Part shown: one piece after another, positions 1 through 6,761 of the stretch
How the letters are laid out: each line of letters starts with the position of its first letter
Position numbering within the stretch: the stretch's first letter is position 1
Source of the DNA: Clostridiales bacterium UBA4362
Lineage (GTDB): Bacteria > Bacillota > Clostridia > TANB77 > CAG-508
Direction: 5' to 3'
NCBI GenBank assembly: GCA_002393975.1
Contig: DGSM01000009.1
Coordinates: forward strand, 1-49,970
DNA: 49,970 bases
Position numbers and translations under genes: made by a program
Notes under the pieces: generated by a model
Databases searched by the model: none
The model's input: only the letters and a program-made list of their open reading frames with translations
Told to the model about the DNA's origin: nothing

Positions 1-852
1 CAGAAGGAATTTAAAAAAATTGGTGCAAAAGATATAAAAATTAATCTTTTGAATAATTCTAATAAAACGCTAATGTTTATAACAAATAGTTTTGCATATT
101 TATTGAATTATGATACTGGAACTACAATAACAGAATATCCTATTCAAGGAACAGCTTGTGATTGCTATACTACTGACAATCATTATTTATTATTTTCTGA
201 TAAAGGCTACTTACATTTTCTTCCAACAAAATCTGCAGAGGGAACAATTCATGAAGGTTTGTTTAATTGCAATCTAGATAATTATATGCGTTTTGTAAAA
301 ACTAAAGTGGGATTTATAGCATATGTTGCAGGAGATAACAGGATAATTGTGTATGGAAATCTAAAAAATGATGAATTAAAAGATTCTGATTATGAGGAAA
401 AAGAACACCAAACACTAACTTATAATGAAAGTGAACAACTTATTAATGAATATAATCCTAAAAAGAAAAGTTTATTAAATAAAGCATTTTATTCAGATGA
501 TAAGTCACTTGTATTTTTTCCTTACTATGATAATAAATTAGAAATATATAATACTCAAACTAAACAATTAATTAAAGAAATAGAAATTCCAAAGAATTGT
601 CGTTGGCTTGATACATATCTTGGAAAGACTCCAAATGGAGAACATCTCATAAGCACTGGTCTTTCTGGATATATTTTAAATAAAGATTTTGATTTAATTG
701 CTTCAGTTCCTAATTTATGTGACTATGAAAATGAAAAATTAATTTTAAAAAATGAATTTTCTAATGAACATAAATACTCTGAAATTAAGATTTATTCTGA
801 AAAAGAAATCATAAATAAGGGAAAAGAATACTTAGAACAATATAACAATTAG
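1..852 (+). CDS. C-terminal part of a hypothetical beta-rich (possibly propeller-like) protein; the frame is open from nt 1, so the 5' end probably lies upstream of the window
   Basis: Frame 1 has no stop from nt 1 to 852. There is no convincing RBS before the internal TTG (49) or ATG (73). The translation is beta-strand-rich with repeated aromatic/Gly/Asp turns and shows no recognisable catalytic motif. Confidence 0.5.
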   Translation, partial: QKEFKKIGAKDIKINLLNNSNKTLMFITNSFAYLLNYDTGTTITEYPIQGTACDCYTTDNHYLLFSDKGYLHFLPTKSAEGTIHEGLFNCNLDNYMRFVKTKVGFIAYVAGDNRIIVYGNLKNDELKDSDYEEKEHQTLTYNESEQLINEYNPKKKSLLNKAFYSDDKSLVFFPYYDNKLEIYNTQTKQLIKEIEIPKNCRWLDTYLGKTPNGEHLISTGLSGYILNKDFDLIASVPNLCDYENEKLILKNEFSNEHKYSEIKIYSEKEIINKGKEYLEQYNN

Positions 853-881
853 GGAAGGACAAAATTAATATATTAATAAAA

Positions 882-1364
882 ATGAACAATAAAACTTTGA
901 CAAAACTCAAAAATGATAAAGATTTTAATAATACTATAAAAGATTTAGTTGAAAATTCTACTACTCAGCAAATGAAATCTTATATGCAACATTATAATAC
1001 AACTTGCTTTGATCATTGCTATTTAGCATCATATTATTGCTATAAAATATCAAAAAGATTTAATTGGGATTATAAATCAGCTGCACGAGGTGCAATGCTT
1101 CATGATTTATTTTTATATGATTGGAGAAAGAGACAAAATGGGAGAAAGGGTTTACATGCATATACTCATGGACAAACTGCTTATGATAATGCCACTAAAC
1201 TATTTGATTTAAATAAAAAAGAAAAAGATATGATTAAAAATCATATGTTTCCAGTTACTATAATTCCACCAAAAAGCAAAGAAGGATTACTGCTAACTTT
1301 AGTTGATAAGTATTGTTGTATTCAAGATGCTATTGATTATTATTCAAATAAAATTAAAAAATAG
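882..1364 (+). CDS. HD-domain metal-dependent phosphohydrolase
   Basis: Contains H..(FDHCYLASYY) followed by GAMLHDLFLYDW (HD dyad) and later KNHMFP, as in small HD/HDIG-like hydrolases. The RBS is weak. Confidence 0.7.
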   Translation: MNNKTLTKLKNDKDFNNTIKDLVENSTTQQMKSYMQHYNTTCFDHCYLASYYCYKISKRFNWDYKSAARGAMLHDLFLYDWRKRQNGRKGLHAYTHGQTAYDNATKLFDLNKKEKDMIKNHMFPVTIIPPKSKEGLLLTLVDKYCCIQDAIDYYSNKIKK

Positions 1365-1416
1365 TATTTAACATAAATTTTACAAAAATCAAGAAAATAA
1401 AGAGTAGGAGAGAGAA

Positions 1417-1458
1417 GAGGAGGGAGAGCTCTAAAATAGAGTTATTCCCCTCTTTTTT
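1417..1458 (+). terminator. Putative intrinsic terminator after the HD-domain gene
   Basis: Imperfect hairpin GAGG(A)GG...CTCT-aaaat-AGAG...CCCCTC followed by TTTTTT (1453-1458). Confidence 0.45.
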
Positions 1459-2449
1459 ATTTTTATAATTTTTAGGGTATAGATTTATATGATAAATGAA
1501 TTTGAATATAAAAAATAAAATTAAATGAAAATATAAATATAAATAAAAAATTTTATTATAAATGTTTACATAAATATATAATTATAAAATTTATATTAAT
1601 TTGATTTTTACTAAAAAATTTATATTTTGCATTGTAAAAGTGTTTGCTTTCAAAAACGAACATTTGTTATATTATTGATTATAAGCGTTAATAAAATATA
1701 TTTATAATATATTCATTATTAATCTAGCATAATTTTTAAATCATAATTATAATTTAGCTATAATCAGATTTTATTATTTAGATAATATAGTTTCACTGTT
1801 AATTATTTATTAGTCTATATTATCATTTAATTATTTATCAAAATCGATTATAAGCAATTTTAAAATATAACCAAACAAGTTAATCATTCTTATTAATTAT
1901 TATTAAAAAGTTACATTATGATCAAATACTCTATAAGTATTGTACTAGTAATGGTTATAAGATATTAATCAAAAAATGGTCAAAATAACGACACACGAGA
2001 ATCGATTTTAAGACGTTTTTATAAAAAAGTAATATAACTTGTTGTCGGCAAAACAGCCTAAAAATAGACTTTAGAGCATTTTTCATAATTTCATAATAGA
2101 ATTGTAAAAAGATATCCATATACAATAAATATATTTTAGTATTAAGATTCAATAATATTTAAAATTAGAAAAGTGATAAACATGAATAGTAAATAAGATA
2201 AAAATGTTAAGATAAGATATCAATATTAAAACAAATCATAAAAAGGTCTATAAAATGATTGTAGAGTGTTATATAAATAGTATTAATAAAAGAACTCAAA
2301 TAAGCTAGGAATAGGACTATTAGAGAGGAATCAATAATAGGTTGTTTTTAATATGCTTCCTTTTGCATGAAACTTTGATTTCACGCAACTATGTGTAGCA
2401 AAAAACAACATATGAAATTAGACTATCTACCTCTTTCCTATAAGCAATT

Positions 2450-2488
2450 ATAAAGAAAAGACCAGATACAAAATATCTGATCTTTTTT
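2450..2488 (-). terminator. Intrinsic terminator of the 793-aa/AIM24 operon (can also act bidirectionally)
   Basis: 9-bp stem 2460-2468/2474-2482. It is perfect only on the minus strand (a G-U pair replaces the plus-strand C-A mismatch) and is followed there by UUUUCUUUAU. A T-run also follows on the plus strand. Confidence 0.6.
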
Positions 2489-2538
2489 GTTTTTATTATT
2501 TATTTTTATTATAAAGTATTATAGTTTGTTAAAATGAT

Positions 2539-3222
2539 TTACGATCCTGTTGCTACATATGGTCTAATTCTACCAGCAAAATCAGGGAAGTTTTGAGTTT
2601 GTAGAATAACTTTTCCAGGACCAGTTAATTTAGTTAAGAATAAACCTTCGCCGCCAAGGAATATGTTCTTAAGACCTTTAATTGTTTCAACCTCATATCT
2701 TACTGTAGGTTCGAATGCTACTAGGTTTCCAGTACTTATCTTTAATACCTCTCCTTGTTGTAACGTCTTTACAACTTGATCTCCATCTATTTCCATAAAT
2801 AGCATTCCATTTCCTTCTGCTCTTTGTAAAATGAAACCTTCACCACCAAATAATCCAGCTGAGAATTTTTTAGTAAACTCTACTTTTAGATTAATTGAAT
2901 TTTGAGCACATAGAAATGCTCCTTTTTGCATTATAATTCCTCCAGGAGCAGCTCCTAAATTAATTGGAAGAACACATCCAGGAACTGTTGATGAAAATGC
3001 TATAGTAGCATTATCTACTTGTGCTGTGTAAGTAGACATAAATATTGATTCACCTGTAAACATTCTTCCAAGACTTGCTCCTATTCCTCCTCTTGCATTA
3101 GTATTCATTTCAATTCCCTCTGATTGATAAAACATTCCACCAGATTGTGTAAAGAATTGCTCTCCTTTGTTTAAGACTAATTCAACTGCAGGTACTGTTT
3201 GTCCAACGATTTGATATCTCAT
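2539..3222 (-). CDS. AIM24 / TIGR00266 (DUF124) family protein
   Basis: The N-terminus MRYQIVGQTVPAVELVLNKGE..FFTQSGGM and the repeated G-rich beta pattern (GESIFMSTY, GGEGFILQR, GGEGLFLTKLTGPGKV) are typical of this family. AGGAG lies 7 nt upstream of the ATG, and the gene starts 18 nt after the upstream stop. Confidence 0.75.
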   Translation of the reverse strand: MRYQIVGQTVPAVELVLNKGEQFFTQSGGMFYQSEGIEMNTNARGGIGASLGRMFTGESIFMSTYTAQVDNATIAFSSTVPGCVLPINLGAAPGGIIMQKGAFLCAQNSINLKVEFTKKFSAGLFGGEGFILQRAEGNGMLFMEIDGDQVVKTLQQGEVLKISTGNLVAFEPTVRYEVETIKGLKNIFLGGEGLFLTKLTGPGKVILQTQNFPDFAGRIRPYVATGS

Positions 3223-3239
3223 TCGAAATCTCCTTTCTT

Positions 3240-5621
3240 TTAATAATCTATATCACTATTTTCTTTACTTCTATTAAAATATTGAGGATCTATTTCATCA
3301 GAAGAATAAACTCTTCTTTCACTTGTCTCCTCCACTTCTCCCTTATCGTTTGTTTTATAACTTTTGTGATTTATAGTAAATGCTCCTTTTCCTTTTTTAA
3401 ATTGTTCTAATGTTTCACCATTAATCGGATATAGTGCAGTTTTATAAAAACGCTTATCTTTAAAAATAGGATTTGAAAAATCAGCTATAATAGCTTTTCC
3501 ATTTCTTATGATTATATTATAAGCATGTCCAACGTTTTTATCTCCATTTTCATTTGATATATAACCATAAACCATCATTGGATTATATCCAAGAAAAGCT
3601 AGTAAGTTTTGGGCAAGAGCTGCTCTTTCAACACACATTGCTGTATTATTCCTTTTAAATTCTTTAACAGAAAAACTATTATCATCTTGATCAATATCTG
3701 CTTTAGATTCATAAAGCATGTTTCTATCATTGTCATTACCATGCATGCCGAAATAATCAATCAAAACTGCTTGTACTAATCTCATAACATTGTCATTACA
3801 TAACTTTCCATTATTTATTATATAATTTGGATCAATTTTTTTTGTTAAAAAAACTATTAATGATTTATAAGCATCTTTATCATCTAATCTAAATGAAGAC
3901 ATATCAACTGCAGTTTTCTTAATATTAGTTTTTGATGGTATATATCCAATTACTTCTGAGCTTTCCCCTCTTCCATTAATTCTAGAGCATCCTATTGAAA
4001 AGAAGGAAATCTCATTTCTACGCTCAGTTGCATTTTCCTCCAAAAATCTCAATCTATTATCTATAAACTCATCAATTTCATCATCTTTAAGAAGTAGCAT
4101 TTTTTGTATTAGATTAAATTCATTATCTAAATCTAGATTTAAACTCTTAGCAACTTTATTTGCCATTTCACTATAGAAATCATTATTTTTTTCATGGCAA
4201 AGCAATACTTGTTCATCATAGATAAAACCATTTGGTCTTCTTGATTTAGCCATTTCTCTAGCATAATCTTTGCTAGATAACATCTTTCTAAAACCTTCTT
4301 CAGCATCTTTAGGATTTATTCTTAAACTTTCTCCCATTGTCTTAAAGTTTATTGTATTAGAGAAAGATTTAATAAACTCATTCATAACACTATCAATTTG
4401 ATGTTGAGGTAAATTTCTTAAACGCATTTCATCTTGTAATACCTTTATACATGAACTAAAATGCATAAATTGACTATAAAAATGGTTCATGGTATCTTGT
4501 TTAAGTGCTTCAAATTTACCAACTGACATTGAATCATCTTGATTGTTTTTTATCTCTGCATTAAACTTATCTAATTCTGCTCTAACATCAAAATATGCAT
4601 CATCACACATCTCTCCTAAAATTGAGAAATCTTGTCTATGTGACATATTTTCAGTCATCCAGCCTGCATTCATAAGCTTTGCAACATTTTCACCCATTTG
4701 CTTTGCAAATGTTAATTCAAATGGCTTATTAACTGTTGAATGTTGTTCAGTAAATAAAGAAATTCTTTCTAAAGATTTAGAATCACCTTTTTTTACATAA
4801 TATTCAATATCTGAAATTCTAAAAGGACTTTCTACAATTCTTGTTGTTTGCCCATATCTTTGTCCAAGAGAATAAGAATTATCTACAAAGTCTGTAAATT
4901 CTTTAACAGTAAAATTATTTTCTTCAGCAAAATTTATAAATGTTGGATTATCGGTTATTCCCAATCTATCGAAATATTCGCTTATATATTCAGGTCTATA
5001 TCCTTCTAAAATTTCTTCATCATATGCTTTGCCATAGGTCTTATGTAAACGTTCTTTTATTTCTTTGTTCTCTTCTTCATAATCTGATTTTATTTTTCTA
5101 GAAGAAGATTTTATCTTAATAGGTAATCCTAATTTTCTTGCAACATCTAAAGGATATTCTTTAATTTGCTTAATAAATGGAACTTTAATACCAAAAGATT
5201 TTAGTTTTTGATTAACATCACCCTCAATTTCTAAGTCTTCAAGAGGGCTAGTTCCTCTTATTCTTATATCTGCTTTCTTTCCTGGAAATATAACTAAATT
5301 AACTGGATGTGTAGCATCAACATAATTAATGCTTCCATCTGTTATTACATATTGGGTTTTAGAGTTTGCTAATACATTGGATGCGTTTTCAGAATTAGAT
5401 AAATGCGAATCAACACCCTTAATATTAACAATTCTAGAATTATCAGTAATTCTAAATATTCCTCTGCCCATTGATGGCGTAGCAAAAGCAAGCTCTTCAA
5501 GCTTTAACTTTAGTGCATCTTCAAGACTTATTCTTTCAAATACTGCAAATCCATCAAGGTCTTTAATTTTACCTACTATTAGATTTCCATTTTTAATTAA
5601 TTCAACCAAATTTTCTTCCAT
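3240..5621 (-). CDS. Large (793 aa) uncharacterised cytoplasmic protein with a C-terminal transglutaminase-like (papain-fold) Cys-His-Asp core
   Basis: Long ORF with host-like codon usage, its own promoter, and GAGGT upstream of the ATG. No signal peptide or TM segment is visible. The C-terminal motif is AMC(663)VERAALAQNLLAFLGYNPMMVYGY...VGH(699)AYNIII...IIAD(714)FSNP. The first ~620 aa match no family I recognise. Confidence 0.8.
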   Translation of the reverse strand: MEENLVELIKNGNLIVGKIKDLDGFAVFERISLEDALKLKLEELAFATPSMGRGIFRITDNSRIVNIKGVDSHLSNSENASNVLANSKTQYVITDGSINYVDATHPVNLVIFPGKKADIRIRGTSPLEDLEIEGDVNQKLKSFGIKVPFIKQIKEYPLDVARKLGLPIKIKSSSRKIKSDYEEENKEIKERLHKTYGKAYDEEILEGYRPEYISEYFDRLGITDNPTFINFAEENNFTVKEFTDFVDNSYSLGQRYGQTTRIVESPFRISDIEYYVKKGDSKSLERISLFTEQHSTVNKPFELTFAKQMGENVAKLMNAGWMTENMSHRQDFSILGEMCDDAYFDVRAELDKFNAEIKNNQDDSMSVGKFEALKQDTMNHFYSQFMHFSSCIKVLQDEMRLRNLPQHQIDSVMNEFIKSFSNTINFKTMGESLRINPKDAEEGFRKMLSSKDYAREMAKSRRPNGFIYDEQVLLCHEKNNDFYSEMANKVAKSLNLDLDNEFNLIQKMLLLKDDEIDEFIDNRLRFLEENATERRNEISFFSIGCSRINGRGESSEVIGYIPSKTNIKKTAVDMSSFRLDDKDAYKSLIVFLTKKIDPNYIINNGKLCNDNVMRLVQAVLIDYFGMHGNDNDRNMLYESKADIDQDDNSFSVKEFKRNNTAMCVERAALAQNLLAFLGYNPMMVYGYISNENGDKNVGHAYNIIIRNGKAIIADFSNPIFKDKRFYKTALYPINGETLEQFKKGKGAFTINHKSYKTNDKGEVEETSERRVYSSDEIDPQYFNRSKENSDIDY

Positions 5622-5636
5622 AGTTACCTCAAAAGT

Positions 5637-5665
5637 ATTATACCAACTCGAAATTTAAAATACAA
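5637..5665 (-). promoter_or_regulatory. Sigma-A-type promoter of the 793-aa/AIM24 operon
   Basis: Minus strand reads TTGTAT-17 nt-TATAAT with an extended TGg immediately upstream of the -10. It lies between the islet terminator and the ATG at 5621. Confidence 0.5.
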
Positions 5666-5670
5666 TAAAA

Positions 5671-5702
5671 AAAGAAGAGAAGACTCAAATACGAGTCTCC
5701 CC
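5671..5702 (-). terminator. Intrinsic terminator of the PIN-domain gene (and probably of rho read-through)
   Basis: Minus strand GGAGACUC-GUAUUU-GAGUCUUC (8 bp including one G-U) followed by UCUUCUUUUUUUAU. Confidence 0.65.
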
Positions 5703-5721
5703 TTCCATTTTTCGTACATTA

Positions 5722-6624
5722 TTAACCTTTGATAATCAGCATTTTCTCTTCCTCGTCGATCTTGTACGGGAAGTTCTTGATATGTCCTTCAATAAAGTTC
5801 AACACAAATGTTCGATACTGAGGATTGCTAAGCTTAGTCTGCGGTTCATACACATCATGATACTGGTGTGTGTAGTTGACCTCGACATTCTGTTCATCAG
5901 AGATTTTGATGACTGTATATGCAGCAAAAGCCACATAAGCTTTACGATACTGATGGTTTTCCTTTCGGATTGCAACCAGAATCTGATCATTAAGCTTCAA
6001 TTCAAACCCATTTCCAGGATTCTTGAAACAATCATCACCTCTCATAATCCAGATTTCTCTGTCCTGCCGGTTGTTAGAGATTACAAGTTTTCCATCCCGC
6101 ATCGTAGCCTGGAAGAATTTTGCGACTCTCTTGGTTTTAGGCTGCGCAGTAGCCATACCATCCGGCCCCAGATAGACAACTTCACAATTGGAACCATTTA
6201 CTTCAGCGGCCAGTCTTTTGTCTGCAGTCCAGAGGATAACGTTATCCTTATGGTTCATGCAAAACTGAGCAATGCGATTGTCGGGATCTTTAAACAGGAA
6301 TCTTTCGCGAACATTATAAAAATGCTCTCGATCACCCTGGCTGATACCGAGCAACTTGCTTGCGTTCCACTTAGAGATATCCTCTCCAGTGAACTTCTGA
6401 AGTTTGTCAAGCTCCTCGCGAGTTGTTTCCAGAAGAATAATCTTATAACCTTCCTCGGTCATCCGATTAATTCTGCTGACAATATCAATAATTGCCATAG
6501 CAGAGGCATCAATTACGATGTCCTTCTTCTTTGTGGATCTGATACTGAGTCTGCCGAATATCCTAGCAAAATCTATCTTAGCTTTCCGCGTGTCTTCATA
6601 ATAAGTAGATCTGACCATTTCCAT
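5722..6624 (-). CDS. PIN-domain (YlaK/PhoH-type PIN) nuclease fused to an unassigned beta-rich C-terminal domain; atypical G+C and codon usage
   Basis: PIN acidic motifs occur in the canonical order: IVIDASAM, ILLETTREELDKLQK, KDPDNRIAQF, VILWTADKRLAAE. GGAGG lies 5 nt before ATG 6624; the upstream ATG at 6636 overlaps this SD. The gene has its own promoter and terminator. Confidence 0.8.
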   Translation of the reverse strand: MEMVRSTYYEDTRKAKIDFARIFGRLSIRSTKKKDIVIDASAMAIIDIVSRINRMTEEGYKIILLETTREELDKLQKFTGEDISKWNASKLLGISQGDREHFYNVRERFLFKDPDNRIAQFCMNHKDNVILWTADKRLAAEVNGSNCEVVYLGPDGMATAQPKTKRVAKFFQATMRDGKLVISNNRQDREIWIMRGDDCFKNPGNGFELKLNDQILVAIRKENHQYRKAYVAFAAYTVIKISDEQNVEVNYTHQYHDVYEPQTKLSNPQYRTFVLNFIEGHIKNFPYKIDEEEKMLIIKG

Positions 6625-6720
6625 ATGTACCTCCATAATTGTATCAATATATATTAATCAATGTACGACGTTCCGTTTTTTCAACGGAATAAATTTGCGT
6701 ATACATAACAATGCTATTCT

Positions 6721-6749
6721 ATTATACCACATTTTTGTAGATTTGTAAA
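6721..6749 (-). promoter_or_regulatory. Sigma-A-type promoter of the PIN-domain gene
   Basis: Minus strand TTTACA-17 nt-TATAAT preceded by TGg (extended -10). The -35 begins about 14 nt after the rho stop codon. Confidence 0.55.
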
Positions 6750-6761
6750 ATTTTTCTAGTT

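Noticed and set aside
1657-1668. LexA (Cheo-box)-like CGAACATTTGTT
   Set aside because: Only the left half (CGAAC) matches; the right half reads GTTAT instead of GTTCG/GTTT. No gene lies downstream to be regulated.
1799-1838. 12-bp direct repeat TTAATTATTTAT, two copies 28 bp apart (CRISPR- or iteron-like?)
   Set aside because: There are only two copies, the sequence is pure A/T in a ~20% G+C background, the periodicity does not continue, and there are no cas genes.
1955-2152. 65-aa minus-strand ORF inside the AT-rich gap
   Set aside because: It has a TTG start with no SD, its composition is typical of random AT-rich sequence, and it has no terminator or promoter context.
5782-6657. 291-aa plus-strand ORF covering the whole PIN gene
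   Set aside because: It is codon-aligned antisense to a gene that has an SD, promoter, terminator and a recognisable PIN signature. Its translation is Cys/Ser/Ile/Leu-rich junk with no SD. It is explained by the absence of TTA/CTA/TCA codons in the sense gene.
6671-6689. Hairpin TTCCGTT-ttttc-AACGGAA as the rho terminator
   Set aside because: On the minus (rho) strand it is followed by CGUCGUAC rather than a U-tract. It also lies downstream of the PIN-gene promoter, so it is more likely a leader structure.
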